From Patescibacteria group bacterium UBA2773 (lineage in GTDB: Bacteria > Patescibacteriota > Minisyncoccia > Moranbacterales > DUUL01), in contig DEIN01000012.1 in the NCBI GenBank assembly GCA_002352465.1, positions 17,484 through 81,483 of the forward strand: a DNA stretch of 64,000 bases, given 5' to 3'. The position numbers and the translations under genes are program-made. Of the stretch, positions 1 to 9,108 are shown piece after piece. Every line of letters begins with the position of its first letter. The first letter of the stretch is position 1. The notes beneath the pieces are model-generated. The model made no database searches. It was not told where the DNA came from and was given only the letters and a program-made list of their open reading frames with translations.

Positions 1-61
1 TAAGTCATTGAAAATTTATTATAAATTATAAATTGATTTATTGTAAATTTGAAGATAAATT

Positions 62-979
62 ATGAAAAAAACTATTTTATATTCTAGCTTAAAGCAACAA
101 AGACTAGACAAACACGTTTGTTCTTTTTTTCCCGACATTTCCCGTCGATTTTTTCAAATTGCCATCAAAGATGGTCAAATCAAAGTTAACAAAAAAACGG
201 TCACTCCTAGCTATAGATTAAAGCCAAAAGACCAAATCGAGATTGATATAAAAAAAACACCCAACCTTGAAATTAAAGTTTTACCAGAAAAAAATATTAA
301 ATTTGAAATTATTTTTGAAAACGCAGAATTTTTGATTATCAATAAACCCGCTGGTATTAGCGTTCATCTTTGCGAAAATGAAACTACCGGAACTTTAGTT
401 AATGGTTTATTGGCAAGATTTCCTAAAATTGAAAAGATCGGCGAAGATCAATTGCGCCCTGGGGTTGTTCATCGACTCGACAAAGAAACCTCTGGTCTAC
501 TAATTATCCCCAAAACCCAAACTGCCTTTCAATATTTCAAAACTCTTTTTAAAAATCGCCAAATTCAAAAAACTTATTTGGCTTGGGCTTGGGGAATTCT
601 CAAAAATAAAACTGGTGAAATCAAAGACTTCACTGGCAAATCCAGTCAAAATCCGACCAAGCAAGCCGTCAGTCACAATCCTGAAAAACTTATTAATCCC
701 AAAAAAGCCTTAACTTATTATAAAGTCATTCGAGAATTAAAAGATCGTTCTCTGATTGAGTTAGAACTAAAAACTGGCCGAAAACATCAACTTCGTCTTC
801 ACCTTCACTCAATTGGACATCCTATTTTAGGCGACAAAAAATATTTTAATAAAACTATTAGAAAAGCCAATCAACCATTCAATCGTCATCTTCTCCACGC
901 CGGAAAAATTGAGTTTGAATATTCAAATGGAGAAAAATTTTGCTTTGAAGTTGCTCCGCCAAAAGATTTCAAATTTTAA
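62..979 (+). CDS. RluA/RluD family pseudouridine synthase with N-terminal S4 domain
   Basis: RLDK S4 start, INKPAG motif, HRLDKETSG catalytic motif, TGRKHQLRLH, HPILGDKKY. Confidence 0.95.
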   Translation: MKKTILYSSLKQQRLDKHVCSFFPDISRRFFQIAIKDGQIKVNKKTVTPSYRLKPKDQIEIDIKKTPNLEIKVLPEKNIKFEIIFENAEFLIINKPAGISVHLCENETTGTLVNGLLARFPKIEKIGEDQLRPGVVHRLDKETSGLLIIPKTQTAFQYFKTLFKNRQIQKTYLAWAWGILKNKTGEIKDFTGKSSQNPTKQAVSHNPEKLINPKKALTYYKVIRELKDRSLIELELKTGRKHQLRLHLHSIGHPILGDKKYFNKTIRKANQPFNRHLLHAGKIEFEYSNGEKFCFEVAPPKDFKF

Positions 980-1187
980 CCATATATATTTTAAAAATAA
1001 ATTTTATAATTTTTAATTTTGCCTACTGGCCGGTAAACGTTTTCAAAACGTTTTATTTAAAAAATTTAAAAATTTTAATTTAGAATTTATTTAAAAATTA
1101 CAAAATTAGAATCAATCTATACAGATTTCTAATTCTAAACTATAGTAAAGAAACAAACATTAATAATAAAATATTTAAAAAATAAAA

Positions 1188-2831
1188 ATGAATAAATTTT
1201 TAGAGAATTTTCAAGCTAAGAAATTTTGGTTTTTTTTCGCGTTAATTGCAATTTTGGCTTTCGGCTCGTTGATTAGATTATGGAATTTAGATACCAATCC
1301 TCCAGGGCTTCAATATGACGAAGCCTATAACGGCCTAGACGCCATTAAGGCTTTCGAAAATAATGATTATAAAGTTTTTTATACTGAAAATAATGGTCGG
1401 GAAGGTTTATACATCAATACTATTGCCCTTTCTTTAAAATTTCTAGGAGTCAATAACTTTTCCGTTCGTTTAGCTAGCGCTCTTTTCGGAATTTTTACTT
1501 TACTTGGTTTTTATTTCTTATTAAAAGAATTGAAATTTTCCAAACTATCAATTTTAATGGGAGTTTTCATGCTAACTACTTCTTTTTGGCACCTGAATTT
1601 TTCTCACACTGTCTACCGCGCTATTATGGTTCCCTTTCTTTTAGTTTGGTTATTTTATTTTTTCTTTAAAGGCATTCGAAAACAAAATAATTGGCTTTTA
1701 GCTTTAGCAGGAATTTTATTAGGAATTGGTTTTCATACCTACATTTCTTTCCGTGTCGCTCCTCTAATTTTAGTTTTATTAATGCCTTTCTTCTTGTTTT
1801 ATAAAACTAAATTTTTTAAAAAATATTGGCTCGGAGCTTTAATTTTTATTACAACCGCTCTAATGGCCGCTGGCCCACTCCTTTTTTATTTCTATCAACA
1901 TACCGATGACTTAGTCGGCCGAAGCAACGCTGTTTCTGTTTTCAACGCACCCAACCTCTCTTTCCCGCAAGCCCTAACGAAAAGCACATTAGCCCACATC
2001 AACGCTTTTTATTTCTACGGTGACCCCAACCAACGGCATAATCACGCCGGTTCTCCCTTGATTCCACCCGCTTGGACTGTTTTATTTACTATCGGTTTTG
2101 CCTTCAGTATTAAAGATATTGTAATTCATTTATTTCATTACAAAAAAAAGAAAATTCTAGACCCCTTATTTCGAATTTCCCTTCTAGCTCAAGGAATTTT
2201 TTGGGTAATGCTAATTCCTGGCATTTTAAGCATTGAAGGCATTCCTCATTCTCTCAGGATAATCGGAGTCATTCCGGCCGTAATGATTTTTATGATAATT
2301 CCGTTTGAATATATATTAAGACTTCGAGAAAATCTTCAAAAATCGACCAATTTCGAATTAAAACCTTGGCGATGGAAAATGCTCAATGTTTCTCTAGGTG
2401 GATTAATTGCTATTGTTTTTTTAGCGGGCTTAATGGAAACCTACACCTACCATTTCATTTGGAGTAAAGAAGCTAAAACTTTAGAAGCCTTTGAAGGCAA
2501 ATTATTTGACTTTGGAAAACTAGCCAAACAAACCAATTTAACGACTAATAATATTTTAATTATTCCAGACAATGTTCATATCGGAGATAACCATAGAAGC
2601 TCTGCTTTCAAAACCACTGCCTTTTCCGGCTATCCAGAAATCAAAGAATTTCGCTTTGAACACCCAATGGATGCCCTAAAGAATCTAAAAAATTGTCAAA
2701 ACAACAACTATCTTTTCTTTGAAGCCGATAAATGGTTGCTAAATCAATTCCAAATAATTTGTCCTAATCTCAAAGTTCAAAAAGAAAACTCCGCCCATGG
2801 CTACTATGAATTTTGGACGCTAAAAGATTAA
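1188..2831 (+). CDS. GT-C fold membrane glycosyltransferase (ArnT/PMT-like)
   Basis: N-terminal TM, then PPGLQYDEAYN (DE motif), VRLASALFG, many TM helices. Confidence 0.85.
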   Translation: MNKFLENFQAKKFWFFFALIAILAFGSLIRLWNLDTNPPGLQYDEAYNGLDAIKAFENNDYKVFYTENNGREGLYINTIALSLKFLGVNNFSVRLASALFGIFTLLGFYFLLKELKFSKLSILMGVFMLTTSFWHLNFSHTVYRAIMVPFLLVWLFYFFFKGIRKQNNWLLALAGILLGIGFHTYISFRVAPLILVLLMPFFLFYKTKFFKKYWLGALIFITTALMAAGPLLFYFYQHTDDLVGRSNAVSVFNAPNLSFPQALTKSTLAHINAFYFYGDPNQRHNHAGSPLIPPAWTVLFTIGFAFSIKDIVIHLFHYKKKKILDPLFRISLLAQGIFWVMLIPGILSIEGIPHSLRIIGVIPAVMIFMIIPFEYILRLRENLQKSTNFELKPWRWKMLNVSLGGLIAIVFLAGLMETYTYHFIWSKEAKTLEAFEGKLFDFGKLAKQTNLTTNNILIIPDNVHIGDNHRSSAFKTTAFSGYPEIKEFRFEHPMDALKNLKNCQNNNYLFFEADKWLLNQFQIICPNLKVQKENSAHGYYEFWTLKD

Positions 2832-3037
2832 AAACTTCTCATTTAAAAAATAAGTCCCTACTAAATAAAAAATTTCAAACTGTTTAATTGAAACTTTTTA
2901 TTTTACATTTTTTTTAAATTATCAACAACTAATGATTATGCGGAGTTAAAAAACGGATCTTCCCTTTCAATTTTCATCAAAACGCGCTAAGCTGAAAACT
3001 CAATATTTTTTTATTATTTAAACTTGTTGATCTATTT

Positions 3038-4489
3038 ATGTCTAAAAATGATGTGGCAGTTAAATTCAAAGAAGTTTCTTTTGAATACAGTTGGGATAAA
3101 GTCATTCTAAACGAAGCGTCTTTTTCTCTACGAAAAGGTTCTAAATTTACTTTAATGGGCCAGAATGGAGCTGGAAAAAGCACTTTGCTTAATATTATTA
3201 CTGGTTATTTGCAACCTAATGACGGAAAAATCTATCTTAATTCTGGCATGACCATTGCCTATGCTAAACAAGTTATTCCTCAAGACCAACTCGACTTAAC
3301 TTTACGAGAATTTTTCGAAAATTGTTTTTCTGAAAAATTTTATGACATTGATCGAAAAATTGAAGACATCTTAAAAATTGTTAATCTTAGAGCTGATTAC
3401 GATAAAAAAATCCGACTTTTTTCCGGTGGACAACAAGCTCGATTATTAATGGCCTCGGCGCTTATTCAAAATCCTGATCTTTTGATTCTCGATGAACCAA
3501 CCAACAATCTCGACCAAGAAGGGATTGACCACTTGACCGGTTTTTTAATGAACTATGAAAAAACTTGCATCGTCATTTCTCATGATGCTAACTTTTTAAA
3601 CTGCTTTACTGACGGAGTTCTTTATCTTGATATTTTTACTAAAAAAATTCATCAATATGTCGGAGATTACTACACAGTAGTAACTGAAATCGAAGAACAA
3701 ATAGAAAAAGATAAACGAAAAAATGCTCAATACGAAAAAGAGATTTTAGCCAACAAAGAAAAAGCCAATTTCTTTGCCAACAAAGGAGGTAAAATGCGAT
3801 TAGTAGCCAGAAAAATGCGATTAAAGGCCCAAGAAATGGAAGTTTCAAAAGTCAACGTTCGGCGAGAAGATCAAGCTATTCGAGACTTTGATATTCCAAT
3901 TCAAGAAGGCTTAAGCGGTGAAGTGATTAATATTTCCTCTTTGACCGTAATGAAAAATCACAAACCAACTGAAAAAAAAGTTCGAGTTTCTCTTAATAAA
4001 AATCGGCATTTATTACTCTCTGGTCCCAATGGCATCGGAAAAACTACTTTACTAGAATCACTGGCGAATGGAAAAGCCAAGGATGCTCAAATTTCCGAAG
4101 GAATTAAAATCGGCTATTATCGCCAAGATTTTTCCAATCTTGATTTTGAAAGCACCGTTTTTGACACTTTGCTCGAAGCGATGACCGAGAAAAAAGAAGA
4201 GCGTCTTCGAAGCGTGGCAGCTGGATTTTTGCTCACTCGAGAAATGGTTTATTCCAAAATTGTCGCTCTTTCTGAGGGTCAAAAAGGATTAGTAGCTTTT
4301 GCTCGTTTGATGTTAGAAGAACCTGGCTTGTTAATTCTTGATGAACCAACCAATCACATCAATTTCCGTCACCTGCCAGTTATTGCTAAAGCCCTAGACA
4401 ACTACAAAGGCGCTATGATTTTAGTTAGCCACACCCCCGAATTTGTAGAACAAATTCGAATTGACGAAACCCTCGACCTAGCCAATTAA
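3038..4489 (+). CDS. ABC-F family ATPase
   Basis: Two ABC domains (GQNGAGKST, FSGGQ, LDEPTNNLD; GPNGIGKTT, LSEGQ, LDEPTNHI), no TM segments. Confidence 0.93.
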   Translation: MSKNDVAVKFKEVSFEYSWDKVILNEASFSLRKGSKFTLMGQNGAGKSTLLNIITGYLQPNDGKIYLNSGMTIAYAKQVIPQDQLDLTLREFFENCFSEKFYDIDRKIEDILKIVNLRADYDKKIRLFSGGQQARLLMASALIQNPDLLILDEPTNNLDQEGIDHLTGFLMNYEKTCIVISHDANFLNCFTDGVLYLDIFTKKIHQYVGDYYTVVTEIEEQIEKDKRKNAQYEKEILANKEKANFFANKGGKMRLVARKMRLKAQEMEVSKVNVRREDQAIRDFDIPIQEGLSGEVINISSLTVMKNHKPTEKKVRVSLNKNRHLLLSGPNGIGKTTLLESLANGKAKDAQISEGIKIGYYRQDFSNLDFESTVFDTLLEAMTEKKEERLRSVAAGFLLTREMVYSKIVALSEGQKGLVAFARLMLEEPGLLILDEPTNHINFRHLPVIAKALDNYKGAMILVSHTPEFVEQIRIDETLDLAN

Positions 4490-4530
4490 TTTTTCTTCAA
4501 GCAATAAATTTCAAAAAAATCTCCAAAGGT

Positions 4531-4967
4531 TCAACCTCTAGAGATTTTTATTAAAGTTCCTGCTTCCCACTGAGACCGAGTAGTAATAATCTGAGATTCT
4601 GGGGCACCTAGAGATTTTGGAGTAATTGAATAAACAATCACTAAAAGTATTACAAATTTAGCAGTTCGAAAAGAAAAACTTTTTAAGATACTAATACTTC
4701 TATTTAAAAATCGACTACAAAAATCTATAAAAATTGACAATACTTTAAAGCAAAAATATCCTTTGCCAAGCATTTTTCTTTTTAATTGTTTTTCTTTTTT
4801 CAATTTATTTTTTTTCTTTTAATTTCACAATCAAGACAAACCGAAAAAACTCTTTTCTCAAAAGTTTGCTTTTTCCTTTTTTTCTTAAGAATCCAATCCA
4901 AAAAAGACTTTTTTTCTTTTGTTTCTAAAAGATTTTTCTTCAATTTATTTTTATTTTTTAATTTCAT
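4531..4967 (-). pseudogene. Probable frameshifted, truncated remnant of a membrane-anchored surface protein gene
   Basis: 55-aa Lys-rich ORF from ATG 4967 stops at 4800; one extra A in the A8 tract (4808-4815) would join it to ORF 4531-4803 (TM helix then ITTRSQWEAGT, early stop). Confidence 0.4.
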
Positions 4968-5113
4968 TCTTAGAATATATTTGAAAAATATTTTTTCAAA
5001 ATATCGTTAAAATTATCCAATCAAATTATACCATTTTTATTAAAAATATCAAACGGAAGAATAACCTTAAAACAGTTCTTTTTAAAATCAAAAACATCAT
5101 CTAATTACCAAAT

Positions 5114-5146
5114 AAAAAAACGCATTAAACACTAATACGTTTTTAA
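5114..5146 (-). terminator. Intrinsic terminator after DEAD-box helicase
   Basis: AAAACGCATTA/TAATACGTTTT stem, U-tract on minus strand. Confidence 0.55.
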
Positions 5147-5163
5147 AAAAATTTCTATTAAAT

Positions 5164-6366
5164 TTAACCAACAAAAGTCAGGGCAATTCCAGCCTTATCG
5201 GCTCGTCCAGTTCGACCAATTCGATGAACATAATCATCATAAGTCGCTGGGATATCAAAATTAATCACATGACTTACATTTGGAATATCCAAACCTCGAG
5301 CCGCCACATCAGTCGCCACCAAAATATCAATTGAATTTCGTTTAAAATTTTGCAGTACTCTTTGTCTTTTGTTGTGAGGTTTGTTGCCATGAATAGCATC
5401 TGATTTTAAACCTTTTTGTTGTAATTTTTTCGAAAGCTTATCGGCCCCATGCTTAGTTCGAGAAAACACCAATACTTTTTCAAATTGAGTTTGAATAAGA
5501 AGTTTATAAAGAACTTCAATTTTATCTTCGTTCTTAATTCTGATAATATCCTGGTCAATTTGATTAGAAGTTTCTCTAGTTTTTAATGAAATCCGCTCTG
5601 GATTTTTCAAAAAATCTTTCACTAACTTTTCAATCTCTCGAGAAAAAGTAGCCGAGAATAACATTGTTTGTCGTTCTTTTTTTAACAAAGCCAAAAGTTG
5701 CTTGACATCATTGATAAATCCCATATCCAACATTCGATCGGCTTCATCTAAAACAACATTATTGAATTTTGATAAATCAAGAGTTTTCCGAGAAATTAAA
5801 TCCTTTAATCTTCCTGGCGTTCCAATTACCAAGTTATGACGTCTTCGTAATTCTCGAACTTGTCCGTGAATATTAGCTCCGCCGACAACCACCACTGAAT
5901 AAATCCCCATCTTTTGAGCCAAAGCTCTAAATTCTTCTTGAATTTGAATTGCCAATTCCCTAACTGGCACCACAATTAAAACCTTTTCTTGAGGATTATT
6001 CAAAATTTTATTCAACAGTGGAATTAAAAAAGCCGCTGTTTTTCCGGTTCCAGTATTAGCTAATCCAATTACATCTTTTCCAGCTAAAACAACTGGAATA
6101 GCTTTTTCTTGAATTGGAGTTGGGTCAACAAATCCCCGACTTTTAATTGCCTGTTTTAATTTATAATCAATTTCTAAATCGTCAAAAGAATACTGAGGTT
6201 TGAAAACTTCAGCGGGCTTTATTGGTTCAGCTTTATTAATGAAACGATTGACATTAATTGAATCACCCGAAAAACCTCGTTTTCCGCCAAAACGTGAACT
6301 GCCTCTAGCCTTTTTTTTCCAACCATTATTAGCACGTAGTTGTCGCGTTTTTCCATTATTATACAT
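5164..6366 (-). CDS. DEAD-box RNA helicase
   Basis: Q motif PTPIQ, TGTGKT, DEAD, SAT, TDVAARGLD, HRIGRTGRA. Confidence 0.97.
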   Translation of the reverse strand: MYNNGKTRQLRANNGWKKKARGSSRFGGKRGFSGDSINVNRFINKAEPIKPAEVFKPQYSFDDLEIDYKLKQAIKSRGFVDPTPIQEKAIPVVLAGKDVIGLANTGTGKTAAFLIPLLNKILNNPQEKVLIVVPVRELAIQIQEEFRALAQKMGIYSVVVVGGANIHGQVRELRRRHNLVIGTPGRLKDLISRKTLDLSKFNNVVLDEADRMLDMGFINDVKQLLALLKKERQTMLFSATFSREIEKLVKDFLKNPERISLKTRETSNQIDQDIIRIKNEDKIEVLYKLLIQTQFEKVLVFSRTKHGADKLSKKLQQKGLKSDAIHGNKPHNKRQRVLQNFKRNSIDILVATDVAARGLDIPNVSHVINFDIPATYDDYVHRIGRTGRADKAGIALTFVG

Positions 6367-6584
6367 TGTGTATCTAACATAAAAATTAAATTCTTTTTAT
6401 GTTTAGATACTCAATTACACAATCAGAAGTATTAACATAAAAAATAATAATACAATTTTATTTAAGTTTTGTCAAGAGAAGTTCTCTTCTTTTTGCTTTT
6501 TAAAGGCAAATTTTAAAAAATAATCAAGCACCCAAAGACTCAAAAACCTTAGCTAATTTTTAAATCTTTATCAACAAAACAAAA

Positions 6585-6800
6585 TTAAATTTCAATTTTA
6601 AATTTAGTAAATTTTTTAATTTTTCCCGCTACCACCAAAGCCCCAATTCCTCCAATAATTAACAACATTCCTACTAAAATTCCCAGCAAATCAGGATAAA
6701 TAACAATTAAAATTCCGGTCAAAATTGACAAAAATCCTTCCAGTAAAATCATCCAAAAAATATTTTGCATAAACTTAAACACAAATTCAACTTTGCTCAT
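6585..6800 (-). CDS. Small two-TM membrane protein
   Basis: 71 aa, two hydrophobic helices. Confidence 0.65.
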   Translation of the reverse strand: MSKVEFVFKFMQNIFWMILLEGFLSILTGILIVIYPDLLGILVGMLLIIGGIGALVVAGKIKKFTKFKIEI

Positions 6801-6939
6801 TTTTTTAATTAATTTTTATATTTAACCTTTATTTTTATTTTACACTCTTTACCTATTATCTCCAAATAAAAAACTTTTTTATTTTCCAAAAAATGTTATA
6901 GTTTGAATAAATCTTTAGATTATTTTTAAAAACAAAAAA

Positions 6940-7140
6940 ATGGAAGAATTAATTCAAAAATTAGAACAGCAAGAACAACAACTCAACGAAATTCACGCCA
7001 CCGTCAAAAAATTAAAAAAATATTTTCTAACCACTATTATTATTTCTATTCTAACCTTTTTATTACCTTTGATTGGAGTAGTCGTCTCTTTACCTTGGAT
7101 CATCAAAACCCTCACCGCTTCTATGCAGAGTTTGTTATAA
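6940..7140 (+). CDS. Small coiled-coil plus TM protein
   Basis: 66 aa; upstream TGnTATAGT extended -10; hairpin with T-tract downstream (7157-7196). Confidence 0.7.
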   Translation: MEELIQKLEQQEQQLNEIHATVKKLKKYFLTTIIISILTFLLPLIGVVVSLPWIIKTLTASMQSLL

Positions 7141-7267
7141 GAAATTTCAACCAAGCAAAAAGATCGGAAATTTTTATTAAAATCACCGGTCTTTTTAATT
7201 TAAAGAATCCTAGTATTTTTTATTAAAACCTGCTATAATAGATTAACTTAATTATTAACTAAAAATT

Positions 7268-7834
7268 ATGAACCAAACAATTATCAATCTAGCCAAAGCT
7301 TTTGTTGGTGAATCTCAAGCTAGAAATCGTTATACTTTTTACGCCAAAATTGCCAAAAAAGAAGGTTATGAAGAAATTTCAGCCAATTTTGAATTAACCG
7401 CCACCCAAGAAAACGAACACGCCAAATGGTTAATGCGATTAATCAATGACTTAAAAGAAAATAATGAGGATCTAAAAATTGAAACTGAAATTCCGACTAC
7501 ACTTGGCACTACTCAAGAGAATTTAAAATCTGCCATCGCTGGAGAAAATCACGAACACAGTTCAATGTATCCTAAATTTGCCGACACCGCCGAAAAAGAA
7601 AGCTTGCCAGAAATAGCTAATCGACTACGATCCATTGCTAAAGCCGAAGCTAATCACGAAAAACGTTTCAAAAAATTTCTATCAAATTTAGAAAATAACT
7701 CCGTTTTCAAAAAAGATATTGAGGCTGAGTGGCAATGTCGAAAATGCGGTTATATTCACACCAGCAAAGAAGCTATCGAAAAATGTCCTTCTTGCGGTCA
7801 TCCTCAAGCTTATTTTGAAGCAATTAGTAAGTAA
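7268..7834 (+). CDS. rbr: Rubrerythrin
   Basis: AFVGESQARNRY, ExxH di-iron motifs, C-terminal rubredoxin WQCRKCGY...CPSCGHP. Confidence 0.96.
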   Translation: MNQTIINLAKAFVGESQARNRYTFYAKIAKKEGYEEISANFELTATQENEHAKWLMRLINDLKENNEDLKIETEIPTTLGTTQENLKSAIAGENHEHSSMYPKFADTAEKESLPEIANRLRSIAKAEANHEKRFKKFLSNLENNSVFKKDIEAEWQCRKCGYIHTSKEAIEKCPSCGHPQAYFEAISK

Positions 7835-7881
7835 TCGATTACGTAATCAATTACGGACTTTTTAAAAAATAAACTAAAAAA

Positions 7882-8286
7882 ATGACCGAAAAAAATCAAA
7901 TTTACAAATGTAATATTTGCGGTAATATTATTGAAATTTTGCATACTGGAGCGGGAGAATTAGTCTGCTGTGGCGAACCTATGAATTTATTAGAAGAAAA
8001 AAATCAAGAAAAAGGACAAGAAAAACATTTACCCGTAATAGAAAAATTACCAGAAAATGTTTGCAAGGGAAGCGACGGCTATAAGATAAAAGTAGGAGAA
8101 ATTGCTCATCCGATGGAAGAAAACCATTTCATCGAATGGATTGAAATTCAAACCGAAGACGGTAAAATTGGGAAAAAATATCTAAAACCTGGAAATACCA
8201 CCGAAGCTGAATTCTACACCAAAAAAGAAATTCTTGAAATCAGAATCTATTGCAACATTCACGGCCTTTGGAAGATCACTCTTTAA
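7882..8286 (+). CDS. dfx: Desulfoferrodoxin (superoxide reductase)
   Basis: YKCNICGN...CCG desulforedoxin domain, EKHLP, HPM..HFIEWI, YCNIHGLW. Confidence 0.96.
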   Translation: MTEKNQIYKCNICGNIIEILHTGAGELVCCGEPMNLLEEKNQEKGQEKHLPVIEKLPENVCKGSDGYKIKVGEIAHPMEENHFIEWIEIQTEDGKIGKKYLKPGNTTEAEFYTKKEILEIRIYCNIHGLWKITL

Positions 8287-8315
8287 AAATCAGAAACCAG
8301 CAGTCTCTATCAAAT

Positions 8316-8350
8316 AAATTAAAAACACCTCTCGAGGTGTTTTTAATTTT
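8316..8350. terminator. Bidirectional intrinsic terminator
   Basis: AAATTAAAAACACCT-CTCG-AGGTGTTTTTAATTT inverted repeat between convergent genes; second hairpin at 8379-8414. Confidence 0.8.
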
Positions 8351-8472
8351 ATGGATTTTTAACTTTATAAACTAATCATAACTAAAATCACCATGAATTG
8401 GTGATTTTTAGTTAGAAGTTTTAATTTCGACTTTTATTTAAAATTTCCTATTCTATAATTCATTTTATTCCC

Positions 8473-8970
8473 TTATCCCGCTCTTCGACCTAAGCCAATT
8501 AATGTCGCGTCAATTCCATTGTCTTCAGCCCATTGTTTCATTTCTTCTCGATAATTTTCCATTTTTTCTCGTCTAGCTTCTCGCTTTTCGCTCCAACCAT
8601 AAACCTCTTCATTAATTTTATTTTGCATTTCCACTCTCTTGGCTAAAACCAAAGTTCTTTGATCGCTGGTAATTTTTCCATCCGTCACCGCTTGATTCAA
8701 CTTTTCTTCTAATTTAATTTTCATTTCAGCTTGTTTTTCTGCTTGATTTTCCAATTGGTGTTGCTTTAAAACTTTTTCAACTTCCTTTTCATCAAGATTA
8801 AATTTACTAGATAACATTTCAACCAAGCCTTCTCGGCTTCCTAGATTTGAACTAGCCATCGTCACACTAGCACCATAAAGTCCTGTCAATAAACAAATAC
8901 TAGCCGCAGCGATCATCAACTTATTTTTAGTTTCAGCTTTAATAATAATTTTTTGTTTCTTTTTTTTCAT
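8473..8970 (-). CDS. Exported charged alpha-helical protein of unknown function
   Basis: Basic N-terminus, hydrophobic signal/anchor, E/K/R-rich helices, LNQAVTDGKIT motif. Confidence 0.8.
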   Translation of the reverse strand: MKKKKQKIIIKAETKNKLMIAAASICLLTGLYGASVTMASSNLGSREGLVEMLSSKFNLDEKEVEKVLKQHQLENQAEKQAEMKIKLEEKLNQAVTDGKITSDQRTLVLAKRVEMQNKINEEVYGWSEKREARREKMENYREEMKQWAEDNGIDATLIGLGRRAG

Positions 8971-9015
8971 CTTAAATTTTTATTTATTAAACCCTCGTTT
9001 AACTTTCACTAATAA

Positions 9016-9043
9016 TATACGTTCACAAGATTAAAAGTTTGCA
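9016..9043 (-). promoter_or_regulatory. ECF sigma-type promoter TGCAAA-N16-CGTATA
   Basis: Identical hexamers and spacing recur at 54054-54081; resembles B. subtilis SigW consensus TGAAAC-N16-CGTA. Confidence 0.65.
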
Positions 9044-9052
9044 AAAAATATT

Positions 9053-9088
9053 AACTAAAAAAATCCTAATTAAAGGATTTTTTTAGTT
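9053..9088 (-). terminator. Intrinsic terminator after typA
   Basis: AACTAAAAAAATCCT/AGGATTTTTTTAGTT inverted repeat. Confidence 0.75.
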
Positions 9089-9108
9089 TCTATCAAATTC
9101 TAACAATT

